From positions 310,001 through 374,000 of the forward strand of contig OZ037839.1 in assembly GCA_964035575.1 (NCBI GenBank): a DNA stretch of 64,000 bases, written 5' to 3'. This DNA is from Rhynchopus sp. YZ270_cl-10 (taxonomy: Eukaryota). The position numbers and the translations under genes were made by a program. Positions within the stretch are counted from its first letter, which is position 1, and every line of letters begins with the position of its first letter. Shown here piece after piece: positions 11,099 through 22,870 of the stretch. The notes beneath the pieces are model-generated. The model did no database searches, was not told where the DNA came from, and saw only the letters and a program-made list of their open reading frames with translations.

Positions 11099-12190
11099 TT
11101 AAGTTAGATGTGAAATGTCAATGATCTCGACACTCTCACCTCCGTACATCACCACATCACCACAGCTGCTGATTGCAAGACCGTAAGTGCCATTACAAAA
11201 GTCACGATGCAAGAGCTTCTCGGACGTTGCGAAAGACCATACGCTCAACACCCTAGAAGAGTAGGCAGCAACAATGTCGTTGGACACAGCAACATCGGTC
11301 CATTTCACGCCTTCTTCTGAGACGTCTTCAAATACACATTCGCCTGTTTCAGTGTTCCAGACACGCACACAGGTAGTGCGGTAGCACACTGCAATGAAAC
11401 GCTGGTTTGGTGACAGTGCCACATCTTCCACGCGAGCAGGGCCTGTCAGAACAAACACCTCTGCTCCTGTGGTGTAGTCCCAGAGGCTGAGTCGTTCGCT
11501 GCCGCTCTCACACATTGCCACTAAGTCACCTGCCACAACCATGACAGAGGCGCCCGACTCAATGTGGCTCCATTCATGCACAACAACACCTGTTGCAATG
11601 TCCCACACCTGCAAACCCTTTATGCACCACGACAGCAGTTTTGTTCCGCAGGGCGACCATGCTGTTCTCCTCCTCCGATCACTTCCATCTCCAAACGAGT
11701 GCTCCAATGCACCGGTTGTCACGCGATGAATTTCAGCACACAGCGAGTCCTCGTTGACGAATGAGATCCACTCACTGCACGGTGAGAAGGCTGGGGCTCT
11801 TATACCCCTATCACAAGGGAAGCGGCACAGACCCTCATGTGTTTCCGTGTCGAAGATCGCCACACCGTTCCCTTTTTGCATCACTGCAAGGTACCTATCA
11901 CACGGGGAAAGTGTAAGCGAGAACGCCTCCTCCGAACGTGGTATCACCCCAGGAGTGATGTTGGCACCAGTGCAGTACAGCTCCACGGCACATCCCTCAT
12001 CCATCTCCGTGTCGCAGATGCGCAAGTCGTCGCTGCCGATGTCGCCACCGCCTTTCATCCGCACACCAACACGCCGAGCACGTGGCACGCCAAGCTCCGC
12101 AACAAGCTTCCCCTTCACCTGTGCAAGGGTGGCACTCCCGTCCACTTCTATCACACAGCTTGCAGACTCGAAGTGTCCTGTGATGTCCAT
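11099..12190 (-). CDS. Ubiquitin-like domain + WD40 propeller protein (363 aa)
   Basis: N-terminal VIEVDGSATLAQVKGKL...DDLRICDTEMDEGCAVEL is UBL-like; repeated LSPC/FSPC/WSPC...VWD/LWD/VWN WD40 blades. Confidence 0.75.
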   Translation of the reverse strand: MDITGHFESASCVIEVDGSATLAQVKGKLVAELGVPRARRVGVRMKGGGDIGSDDLRICDTEMDEGCAVELYCTGANITPGVIPRSEEAFSLTLSPCDRYLAVMQKGNGVAIFDTETHEGLCRFPCDRGIRAPAFSPCSEWISFVNEDSLCAEIHRVTTGALEHSFGDGSDRRRRTAWSPCGTKLLSWCIKGLQVWDIATGVVVHEWSHIESGASVMVVAGDLVAMCESGSERLSLWDYTTGAEVFVLTGPARVEDVALSPNQRFIAVCYRTTCVRVWNTETGECVFEDVSEEGVKWTDVAVSNDIVAAYSSRVLSVWSFATSEKLLHRDFCNGTYGLAISSCGDVVMYGGESVEIIDISHLT

Positions 12191-13659
12191 GTTCAGGGGA
12201 GTTACTCTGTTCTGTGGGACAGGTGTGTGGGGAGGGCAGGTGGAAGAGGGGTGGGGTGGTGTTTGTGAAGGAAACGAGACATGTTGCCATTTGCAAGAGA
12301 GATAACTCCTCGTCCAGAGGCACTCCCACCTTCCCATCCCATGGGGCGAGTTGTGCTTCGCCTGTAGAAAGGCTTTGGTCCAGGTCTGACCGTGGTCCTG
12401 CTGCTGTCGAACTGAAACCCTCAACCATGTTACGGCGGAGCAAGGCAATGGCTGCATTCCATTGTTTCCAGCACACGCGGACTGTGTCAGTGTGTGATGG
12501 TTATGATTATTGCCTGAAGTACAGAAAATGGGAGTGTCGGTGGCGGAGCACAAAAGAGGTAAAATGAAAAACATATCGGGTGGGGTCTCTGAGCTATCTG
12601 TGCGACGGATATATTTCCCCTAACACTCCAGGTTTGGCCAGGGCCTCTCCAGCGTGTCAGTTGCAAAATAAATATTCTTCTCTCCTTTTTTCTTCCACAC
12701 GCGCTGGTTTTTGTATTTCGCTAATTTTTATCAAAAAAAAAAAAAAAAAAAAAAAAAAAAACAGCACATGCACGCGGACAAAAATAATCCACAATCAGAA
12801 GGAACAGAAACTAACCAAGCAGGGGACTACGAGCCCAGACTCTAATCATAAGGAAAAGAAACTAACCAAGAAGGGGACTACGAGCCCAGAAAGGAGCCTA
12901 GGGACCACGAGCCCTCATTTTACCTCTCTTTTTTAAGCCGTCAACATGGCCCTATTCGGCGTGGTCACAATCTCTGTCGCAGTTGCCGCAGCGACACAAA
13001 GTGAAATAAGGAGTGCTCTCGGCTGTCACGGCGCATTTTCCCCTCCACCATGGCGAAGTACGCATTGAGAATCATGGCAAACTTTTTGTACTGTTTGTTC
13101 TTGAGGAGGGAAAGATGCTCTTCGTTGAGGATTTTGACCTGAGTCAGGGACACCTTCCTACCGGGAAGACTTCCCCGCCAACGCAAAGTGGTGTTTACGT
13201 TTTGGGTACGGGAGCGGAGAAATAAAAATCTGTTCGATAAAAGTAAAAGAATGCCCTTCCTCAGTCCGGAAGTATCACCTCAACCGGTTACCTGCCGTAC
13301 AAAGCGTGTATAAAAGAAATGCTTATTGTGTTATCTTGTTCAAAAAAAGGAGGGAGTACTATTTTCGTTTGTCTGTTTTGTTTTGTTTTTTGGTTTCAAT
13401 TTTAGGCTCTACTAGCTTATGGGTGGGGGAACCACTGTTGAAGGGAGGGAAACCTCACGTGAGGGAAATGAAAGGCACACACGTAACACCGTAACGCACT
13501 GGTAGTGGGTAAATACGCTTCACCTCTGAGACTCCAAGAACAATCGACCTTCAAAAAACACAAAGAAGTTGTATTGTGTGAAAAGGAAATAATATTTATC
13601 GCATTCTACCAAATTGAATACACATACTGCAGCTTTGCTTCAAAAACTTGGTTGGATTT

Positions 13660-15017
13660 ATGTGTCGATACCATGTGTGTATGGGCATCACACCCTTTTT
13701 TCGAGAATTTGGGGGTGGGCATCACAAAAATTTCTATGGGTTTTTTACATGGGACTTTTTTTTTTGGGTTGCATCCAGGGTTTTTTCTAGGATTTTTTTT
13801 TTCAGATCTGGGGGGGACGCAAAAAAACCACCCAAAAAAAATTTTTTTTCGCAGGTGCAAGCAGGGTTTCCGCTTATCTTCATGGAAAATTTTTCCAAAA
13901 CCGTGAAGATATGTCCAAAAAGGGGTCAAAAATTTCGCGCAAAAAAGCCCCTTCATTTCACGTAAATACGTGATAACGTGGGATGGTAACGTACATCAAG
14001 AACCAAACCAACCCTTTTTCTCATGTTCCACGGAACCTTCCCTCAGTACAAGAAGAAACGGCGGTCAGAACTTTTTGGCGAAGCCACGGTACGCAACATT
14101 TCAAAAAATTGTGACCTAAAATTGAACATTTTTACAGCCAAACTATGGTAGAGGGCTGTGGGATTTCGCTCATAAGTTTTGAGTTGCGCCGCAGGCGCAC
14201 GGTACGCTACTTTTTTATTTTTGCCGATCCCTTATTCTCACTCTTTTGTTCGGTCCGTCAAATGGTGCAAAGATTGAGTGAATTGGGGGCACGGTCTGAA
14301 ACTTCACCTCGCTATATCCTCTTCACAATGATGCCAGGAAGGGGATAAGACGCGCTTCGCGCGCGCTCGACTCCCTGCCTCCCCTTTTTTCTGGTGCGCA
14401 ACACGAAGGGACGCCAGGGTTGTCCCGAGAACACCTTTTCCCGAGACCAACACCGTAGTGCAGAGGCACTGCAGGATGGAAGATGTGCCAAACGTCACAT
14501 TCCCCGTCACCTTCGTCGACTCACCTTCAACCACATGAGATCACAGAGACATTTTTGGATTGGGATGTTCTGTTCTGAATGATGTTGATTTGGGTGAGGA
14601 GGAATTGTGGGTTATCATTACGTATCGTGTGGTCACAGACTGCACACCTTTCCCCAGTGACACTGTGTGGCCGAAACGAAACCGGATCATAAATCGATCA
14701 GTGATATTCTGGATTGAGCGCCGCAGGCAAACGGTACGGGACTTTTTTTTTTTTTTTTTTCCTTTTTTCTTTTTTTTTTCTTTTTTTTTCTTCTCCTTTT
14801 TTGGACTTTCCGGACCGATTGCGGAACGTGGTGGGGTCACACCATATGCAAAAAGCCTATGAGAAAATCCCTAGGGGAAAAAAAAAATCCTACACAAAAA
14901 ACCCATAGAAAAAAAAAACCCCCCTGTACAAAAAACCCATAGAAATTTTTCTCGGATTCTGAGAATTTCTCAAATCGGGCATCGGAATCACATTGCCCAA
15001 ACACACATGGTCGATAC
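13660..15017. mobile_element. Putative non-autonomous TIR element (~1.35 kb)
   Basis: accatgtgtgt(a/t)tgggca and aaaaatttctatgggtttttt occur at 13670-13746 and inverted at 14930-15011; no transposase ORF inside. Confidence 0.5.
14035..14220 (+). repeat. Copy of the GNA-hairpin/ACGGTACGC repeat family
   Basis: ctcagtaca...cggcggtca start shared with 8901; motifs at 14077 and 14185. Confidence 0.75.
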
Positions 15018-15240
15018 CCAAGGATACTTTTTTTTTTTTTTTTTTTTTTTTGTTGAAAAACTGCAGCTTTTTTTAGAAATCGTTGTTTCAGTGCGCTCCC
15101 TTACCTTCCCTGATGGCACTTTTTTTTCTCCCGCTGCCAAACTGTTTACTACGTTTTGTTTTTACAACACCCCGCTCACCAGTTGTTGGAGAGAGAAAAA
15201 AAAAGCTGAGCCAGGGCTAGACACGGCGGGCTCGCACGAA

Positions 15241-15374
15241 GGACACTAGTAGACCCGACTGCTATCCACCAGTTTTACGACTAGAGGGGACACCAGCAAT
15301 ACTACTTGCGTCCACTAATCGTAAAACACTTGAAACACTGGTAGTGTGGACTAGCAGGACCACTAGTAGACCCC
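15241..15374. repeat. ~105-nt imperfect fold-back flanked by CACTAGTAGACCC direct repeats
   Basis: ctgcta-tccac-cag-ttttacga pairs with tcgtaaaa...ctgg...gtgga-ctagcag; 13-bp direct repeat at 15244 and 15361. Confidence 0.6.
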
Positions 15375-15435
15375 TAAACCAACCATGGGGCGAATTCTTA
15401 AGTGAACCGGGGAGGGGGGGTCCTCAGGGCCCGGC

Positions 15436-17027
15436 TCAGGGGGTAGAGAGGGGGGAGAGAGGGGGGAGAGAGGGGGGAGAGAGGGGGGAGAGAGGGGGGA
15501 GAGAGGGGGGAGAGAGGGGGGAGAGAGGGGGGAGAGGGGGGAGAGAGGGGGGAGAGAGGGGGGAGAGAGGGGGGAGAGAGGGGAGAGAGGGGGGAGAGAG
15601 GGGGGAGAGAGGGGGGAGAGAGGGGGGAGAGAGGGGGGAGAGAGGGGGGAGAGAGGGGGGAGAGAGGGGGTAGAGAGGGGGGAGAGAGGGGGGAGAGAGG
15701 GGGGAGAGAGGGGGGAGAGAGGGGGGAGAGAGGGGGGAGAGAGGGGGGAGAGAGGGGGGAGAGAGGGGGGAGAGAGGGGGGAGAGGGGGGAGAGAGGGGG
15801 GAGAGAGGGGGGAGAGAGGGGGGAGAGAGGGGAGAGAGGGGGGAGAGAGGGGGGAGAGAGGGGGGAGAGAGGGGGGAGAGAGGGGGGAGAGAGGGGGGAG
15901 AGAGGGGGGAGAGAGGGGGGAGAGAGGGGGGAGAGAGGGGGTAGAGAGGGGGGAGAGAGGGGGGAGAGAGGGGGGAGAGAGGGGGGAGAGAGGGGGGAGA
16001 GAGGGGGGAGAGAGGGGGGAGAGAGGGGGGAGAGAGGGAGATCTGAGATAGATAGAGAGTACCTAAAAGACCCGCGAAGGGCGAACAGCAATGATGAAAA
16101 CGGAGAGGAGGGAAGGGGGATACTTTTATCTCGAAATAGGCGCTACGATGAGGGGGGCGAATGTGGAAGCCGAAACAACCCAAAACAAATTCCAACAAAA
16201 ATCTGATGAAGATGGTGTGGTGATTTGGTGAGGGTAGAGACTGAAACATAAACGGACCCCGGCCAACCAGGACAAAGCCTGAGGAAAATCAAATAAATAT
16301 TCTGCCAAATAGCAGTGTGCGTGCCATGTCAAATCAAAAGGACGGTAGTCTCTATCAAAGATCTCCCAACACGCAGCGAAGCTGCTCCGCTAAAGCGTGT
16401 TTCAGGGGGGAGAGAGGGGGGAGAGAGGGGGGAGAGAGGGGGGAGAGAGGGGGGAGAGAGGGGGGAGAGAGGGGGGAGAGAGGGGGGAGAGAGGGGGGAG
16501 AGAGGGGGGAGAGAGGGGGGAGAGGGGGGAGAGAGGGGGGAGAGAGGGGGGAGAGAGGGGGGAGAGAGGGGGGAGAGAGGGGGGAGAGAGGGGGGAGAGA
16601 GGGGGGAGGGAGATCTGAGATAGATAGAGAGTACCTAAAAGACCCGCGAAGGGCGAACAGCAATGATGAAAACGGAGAGGAGGGAAGGGGGATACTTTTA
16701 TCTCGAAATAGGCGCTACGATGAGGGGGGCGAATGTGGAAGCCGAAACAACCCAAAACAAATTCCAACAAAAAATCTGATGAAGATGGTGTGGTGATTTG
16801 GTGAGGGTAGAGACTGAAACATAAACGGACCCCGGCCAACCAGGACAAAGCCTGAGGAAAATCAAATAAATATTCTGCCAAATAGCAGTGTGCGTGCCAT
16901 GTCAAATCAAAAGGACGGTAGTCTCTATCAAAGATCTCCCAACACGCAGCGAAGCTGCTCCGCTAAAGCGTGTTTCAGAGAGGGGGGAGAGAGGGGGGAG
17001 AGAGGGGGGAGAGAGGGGGGAGGGGGA
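15436..17027. repeat. G-rich 11-nt minisatellite (GGGGGGAGAGA)n in three blocks separated by two near-identical ~365-bp spacers
   Basis: Arrays at ~15436-16040, 16405-16612 and 16976-17027; spacers 16040-16404 and 16611-16976 differ only in homopolymer length where compared. Confidence 0.95.
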
Positions 17028-17679
17028 TGCCCGAACCTGAGGTGGCCATGCTTCCCTGTTTTTTTATTTTGACGCAAACAAACGCTTTTTACCCCCTAAG
17101 CGCGGGTAAAGATCTGCCTCCCCCCATATGCAGGTAGAAGCCTCATGCCCTACAGAAGTACACAGTACTTCACAGCGCAGGTCTCCTCCAACCATGGTCG
17201 GTGTCATTGCGGGGTACCTTTTCACACACAGAAGGCACCACATACGTAATTCAGGGTCCTAGCTCAGTAGAACGGAAAAGGTGGCCCACCTTTTCCGTTC
17301 TTTTTTTTTTTTTTTTTTGGGTTTTTTTTACACGGTGCAAAAAACCGGTTGGCCAAGGAGGTCCTCAGTGTCGTCAGCCAGTCCCCTTTGCTGTTAAAAA
17401 CAGCGACTTGGCGTGGTCAATTTTTCCGCGCGAACAGGGATTATGCTCCACGTGTGGAACGTATGGAAATCCATACGTGAATTGTTTTTGAAAAGGTGGA
17501 ATCCATACGTGTCCATACGTGTCCATACGTAGGTAATTTGGGTTTTGGATTGGGGCTGGGGTGGGGTAGGTGAGGAGTGGGGCTCCGCCCCCACCTCTCA
17601 CCTACCCCCTACAGAATTCTATTTGTAGGAGACAATTTTCTATTTTACCGGAAAAGGAGCATACAGCATGGCGAAAGAA

Positions 17680-18110
17680 ATAAGTAGCGTACCGTGCGCC
17701 TGCGGCGCTAGATTGCAATACACCCTTCCCATGACATAATGGGCAATTTTAAGCGCAATTTTTAGAAATGTTGCGTACCGTGGCTTCGCCAGAAACTTTC
17801 GTTTTAGCAAAATATGGAAGTAAAGTTTACGGAACTGGACCATAGTTACCAACGAAAGTGCCATTTTATGTCAAGATTTTTTAAAAATGTTGCGTACCGT
17901 GGCTTCGCCAGGAACATTTGGATGCCATGACTGATGATTTCTCCAGTTCTTCGAACTTTCACAACCCTTCTCAACCAACTTTGCCAGGGAGAGCGCGCGC
18001 GAAGCGCGCGCGGTTTTTAATTGTTTTTGCTTAGAATTGTACGTGTTGAAAATCCATACGTACTTTTTTTATTTTTGGGGGAGCTGCGTAATCCCTGCGC
18101 GCGAAGCGCA
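17680..18110 (-). repeat. Inverted copy of the GNA-hairpin/ACGGTACGC repeat family
   Basis: Reverse-complement motifs at 17684-17709, 17766-17790 and 17886-17909; GCGCGC-GAA-GCGC hairpins at 17993 and 18096. Confidence 0.75.
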
Positions 18111-18632
18111 GAAAATTTTTTTTGAGCCACCTTTTCCGTTTCTTTTTTTTTTTCTTCCGAGCTAGAACCCTGCGTAATTTAGCTTTTTTTTTTTTTGGCT
18201 TGTTTTGTTTTAACTTCTCAGCAAGATAGCGATTCCCCCGAGGATGCGATACATTTTGTTTTGTTTTTTTTTTTTTCGGGGATTTTTACCTGACACTTTG
18301 TGGACATATCTTTGGAAACCTTTTAGCACAACGCGAAGACGATTCTCGTGCTCCTCACTCCTCCCCACACACACTCTATCAACTACTTCAGGTGAGACCT
18401 ATTTGGTCTGTAAGGGGTTTTGGGGTTTCTACTCTCAGTTCCATCTTGAATTTTGAGAGTTTTTTTTTTTTACATTTTTTCAAAAAAAAAACTGTGATCT
18501 GGGGAAGAGTTCCATTTCAACCTCTCCCCCATTTTTCCTTTAGCCATTTCACCCCATTCACTCCCCCCATTTTTTAGTATCAACAGAGTGTGTACTGTAC
18601 GTTAAGCGCGCACATTTGTCCTCTTTCTGGCC

Positions 18633-19709
18633 TCACAAAACCGCACCGACTGCTGTGATTCCTTTTGTGTCTCCCTCTTCCTTTTCTGTCTCCTCATCCT
18701 TTCCGGCGTATAGATGACGACGCTTCATAAACGCAAGCACTCCTGGTGCCACCAGACCGTCCACACTCTGTAAAAAGCCCCGATAAATTTTTAGAAATTT
18801 TTTTGTAAAAAAAATAGCGGAACACAAAAAAATCAGCGTGGACGAAAAAAGGATTACATTTTCTCATTTGAATTGTGGTGTTAACGTTGTGGGTACGGGG
18901 CGGAGAAGGATCTGTTCGAAGAAACGCTTAAATTATTTTATCTTAGGGCATGGCAAGTATTTCTTTTGTTTCGCGTCCTGCGTGCGTACATTTTTTTTTT
19001 GCGTGCGTGCGTACAGATTTGGGATGGAGTGGGGGACGCGAAACAAAAAAAATACTTGCCATGCCCTTATTTCATCTTCAACTTTTTTGACATTTGGACA
19101 TACCTTCAAGCGGTCTTCCTTGAGGCTGGTCCCGCCACCCTGTGCCCGCATTCTCACCTCAGTGGAGGACAGGTTGGAGTCGATATACTGCATGCCGTCG
19201 GGCATGATCAACCATCTGAAGCGTGGCGAGTAGAGCGCAAGGTCCTCCACACCGTAGCCTGGACGGTGGATCACAAGAAAGTCAAATTCGTCAACGAGGC
19301 GCTTCCCCGTGGGCCCGTCGTTGCTGCGCCAGGTGCGGATGTCATTTCCGGACGACGGCTGCAGCCAGTCAGACCCCAGGACAAAAACAATCTCCGTGTC
19401 CGGGTTCTGCTGCTGCAGGGTCTTCAGCAGGTCGTATGTTGCTAGGGCCTGCTCCTCACCTACCTCAGCATCGCTTACAATAACAGGAAATCCGTGGGTG
19501 AAAGTCGTGTTCACGGCAATCTGGCACATCACGTACCGGTCGATCGCAGACGTAGTCAGCCCCGGCTTGTCCGGGCGCGGCCCGCATGGGACAACGAGCA
19601 CCTCGTCGGCCTGGTCGCTGTGGATGATCTGGGCGGCGCACTGCAGGTGTGCTGTGGTGATGGGGTCGTACGCTCCGCCGTACACAGCCAAACGCTTTCG
19701 TGGGACCAT
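18633..19709 (-). CDS. nadD: Nicotinate/nicotinamide-nucleotide adenylyltransferase (NadD-like), 2 exons: 19104-19709, 18633-18767
   Basis: YGGAYDPITTAHL ((H/T)xGH-type motif), FVLGSDW, SNLSSTEVR. A GT..AG intron at 18768-19103 restores the typical C-terminus SVDGLVAPGVLAFMKRRHLY. Confidence 0.85.
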
Positions 19710-19879
19710 TGTGTGGGTAGGGGGTTGGGGGTTGGGCAGTGATGCAAGGTGGGTTTTTTCGATGGGTTTTTATGCGGGTTTTTATGGGTTTTTTTGGGTT
19801 TTTTCGGGTTTTTTCAAAACCAGTTTTCTCGGGTTTTTATGGGTTTTTTGACTTTCTGGTTTTTGGTAGGGTATTCGTG

Positions 19880-19985
19880 AATTTTTAACACTGGCGGCAT
19901 GCTTCCCAGCACGCACAAGTGCATAGAAAAAATGCCTTGGAAAACATGCAATCTGTGGTGGTCAAAAGTGTAAAATTCCTTCGCC
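19880..19985. repeat. Dispersed repeat shared in inverted orientation with 42395-42490
   Basis: taacactgg(c/t)ggcatgcttcccagcac and catg(c/t)aatctgtggtggtcaaaagt match the reverse complement of sequence inside the 41592-43102 element. Confidence 0.7.
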
Positions 19986-21125
19986 AATTGGTTTTTTAGG
20001 TGTTTGCTATACCTGGAGAATATGGTCAGATCACTCATCGTACCACCTGTAGTATGGTCACACACAGGTACCAGACCCCGAAAACACCACTTTTTCAGGC
20101 CATTTTTTACCTGAAAAACCAGTTCATACAGGCACCAGCCAGTTTTACTGTATTAATGTGGGCAGTGAAGCTGCCCAGCACGCACCCTCCATTTTCAGCC
20201 AAAAGAGTGTGTCTTTGGACACCCACGGTAAAGGACAACAATGTGTATAGCCACTATTCTGCCTCATTGCGGTACTAACCTGCATTTTTGGTGTTTTAGA
20301 CGGTCGCCCAAATTTACAACAAAAAAAAACGAAAAAACCCACAAAAATCTACATTATCACAACCCAAAACGCAACAAAATGTACGAAAATCAGGAAAACA
20401 CACAAAATCTTCAAAAATTCACAACATTGCACCGCTTTTTGGTTTGCGTGACGAAAGGAGCACGCGCGGGTCACACTCATTGCTCACCGAGAAGATGGTG
20501 TCACCGGGGGTTTTTGGGGTTTAAACGTGGGTTACGTGGTACTGCAGTGGAACCACCCATGGTTCTTACACCGGAATCGCGTTTCCCACCCCACATACCT
20601 GGGTATGGACTCAAAAAACCCACCAAAAGAGGTGAAACTCCAGGTGAAAACGCCTGTTGTAGCTGTAGGTGCACACGTAACAGAAGGTTTATACACGTAA
20701 ACTCACGGCACTAAAATTGTTCAGAAACCGTATAGAACGTCTGACTTAGAAGTCAATTTTAGGTGGCTTAAACTCCACCAAAAAAAATGTCCGACCCCGC
20801 AATTTTTTCGGATCGCTCCGAAAATTCATATTTGCGATGTTTTGAGCAAAAAAAATCACACTCCACGCCCCAAAAGCAAAATATAGTGCTGTGGTTTTTT
20901 TGGGTTTTTTTTTTGGATTTTTTTGGGTTTTTTTGGGTTTTTATGGGTTTTTTGGTTTTTTTGGGTTTTTTTGTTTGGGACCCTGGATTCCTGCATCACT
21001 GGGGTTGGGGGGGGAGGGGGGGTCTGTTCAATTGCATTCATGAATTAGTTGACGTAGAGTGATATCCCTTAACATACCGCATGCCTTCTCAAACAATGCG
21101 TGGTTTCAAATAAAAAGCTAAGGAA

Positions 21126-21205
21126 TGGTGTGGCTGAAAGGGGGGTGTTTCGCACTTTTTAGGCACTTTTCCGCACTTTTTGTGCCCCCCTATGCAGCCA
21201 CACCA
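21126..21205. mobile_element. Mini-MITE with TGGTGTGGCTG terminal inverted repeats
   Basis: tggtgtggctg...cagccacacca; internal ttcgcactttt/ccgcactttt shared with the copy at 23776-23842. Confidence 0.6.
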
Positions 21206-22607
21206 AAGGAGGGGCATCTTTTTTTTTTTTCATTTTTTTGAAGAATTATTGGAATAGCGCAGTTGCTACCTCCTGTGCAAGCTTCACTTTTTTTTTACGT
21301 CTTTTTTTTGTAGTCCCACATTGGAGGGGAGGCGAAGGTTATTATTTAAAGGTTGTTTTCAGTGCACAGCCGGGCAGGGCTAGAAGAGAAGGAATAAAAT
21401 AAAGCAGAGCAAAGGTGTTGTATGAACACCCTAAGTGCCTTAAGAAGAGGGTGTGGGAGACAGCCTCTGGTTCTTTGCCGTTTTGTGCAAGGATAACAAC
21501 CAAGTTTTGGAGGCAAAAAATAAAATAAAACAAAGCAAAACAAAAAAAAACACCCAAGGGTAAGGGTAAGCCAAGGCTCATCTAATATTGTCATTTTTTT
21601 AAGTTTGGGTCATCTATGATCGTCTCCGTGAGACACGTAACAGGCTGTGGGAGACTGTGAGGCGCTACTGAGAGTGAAAAAAATCTCTCCCCGTTCATAG
21701 ATGGCCCAAAGTTTAAAAAAAGAAATCCTTTTCCTCAAAAACTCTCTTTTGTAAAATTATGTTTGGTTTTTGTGGTTTTTGCAATTTGCCCTAATAATAA
21801 AAGAAACATCGTTGGTTGCCACATAGTATCTCTGCCACCCCCAGCCCCACCCCTACCCCCTTATATAGGACCCCCGCTACCATTTCTCTAGTTTTTTTTG
21901 TTTTGTTTGTTGTTTTGTTATGTCGACAACGCCTAAAATCATCCACTTTAGATAATTAGGAAACTACCCCCAACACACAGATGGGTACCATCTACAGAAA
22001 AAATAAAATACAGGCTAGGACGCTTTGCTAACGGCACTTACTCACCCCACAGGAGGGGCTTGAACAGGCTTGGGACCTCCCACGGAAGCCCACCCATAAA
22101 AATTTTTCCCGAATCCCATTTCTAAAAAACCCTAGGGGAGCCTATGCACCGGCTATTCCTTCATTTGGCTCGGAAAATTTGGCGCCTTTCGGCAAAAAAA
22201 CCCAAAAATAGATGAAACTACCCTATATACCTCACCAAAAATCACTTTCCGCCGGGTTTCAGGCACTTTTGAGCCTTTTTTCTTCAATTTTTTTTTGAAA
22301 AAAATCTGCAAAAAAACTGAAAATGGCAAAGGCAAATCCAGCGTAAAATGACAATTTTCAACAAAATGTGCGTTTAAATGTGCCAACGGGCAGCATTTTG
22401 TTTAAATTTTTGCTCATTTGAGTCCACAGAGTCCCAAAAAATGCATTGCCGGGGTCGTAGGTCAAAAAAGACTTAGAAATTTTAATTTAAAATCAAAAGG
22501 AGCCAAAATTACCGGTATAGGCTCCCCTAAAAACCCTCCAAAAAAAAAATCGAGCCACAACAGGGTCTCTCTCTCTCTTCCTCTTTTCCCTCCTTTTTTA
22601 TTCTCAG

Positions 22608-22768
22608 AATTTCTCTTCTAGTTTCCCATCTTTATCCTTTTTTTTCCTTATTCTGCATCTTCTCTTCTGAAGAGATAGATGTAGGCATGCGCAAAGGGAG
22701 CGCTCTGCGACCCGCACGCCTTCTCATCGTTGAAGATGTGCCAGGCACCGTCCTTCTTCATGTGCGCC
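22608..22768 (-). pseudogene. Diverged duplicate of the USP5 C-terminal ~40 codons and 3' UTR
   Basis: AHMKKDGAWHIFNDEKACGSQSAPFAHAYIYLFRREDAE* (stop at 22648-22650) versus the main gene AHVKKDGAWHIFNDEKVCESQSPPFAHAYIYLFRREDAE*. Confidence 0.8.
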
Positions 22769-22870
22769 GGGATGCGTTCAATGAAAATCACGTCGTGTAG
22801 AAGAGTTCAAGAATGTAGGTTTTATTATTTTCACAATTTCCCTTCTAGTTTCCCATATTTTCCCCTTTTT

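Noticed and set aside
12510..12530. TTTCTGTACTT (minus strand, also ~63685) as a spliced-leader relic
   Set aside because: Only about 11 nt match; it fits a pyrimidine tract plus CAG acceptor equally well
15204..15216. CCCTGGCTCAGC resembling the start of the trypanosomatid L1Tc/ingi signature
   Set aside because: The match stops after 12 nt and runs into poly-T; no HDV-like fold is visible
16090..16260. Hammerhead ribozyme or box C/D snoRNA in the satellite spacer (CTGATGA...GAAA; ATGATGA...CTGA)
   Set aside because: Hammerhead stems I and II do not pair; the putative guide varies in length between the two copies and is antisense to the gene cluster
15344..16905. Pro/Leu/Ser- and Gly/Glu/Arg-rich ORFs
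   Set aside because: Translations of the GA minisatellite
19745..20980. T/G-rich tracts as telomeric repeats
   Set aside because: Irregular period; low-complexity parts of repeat elements
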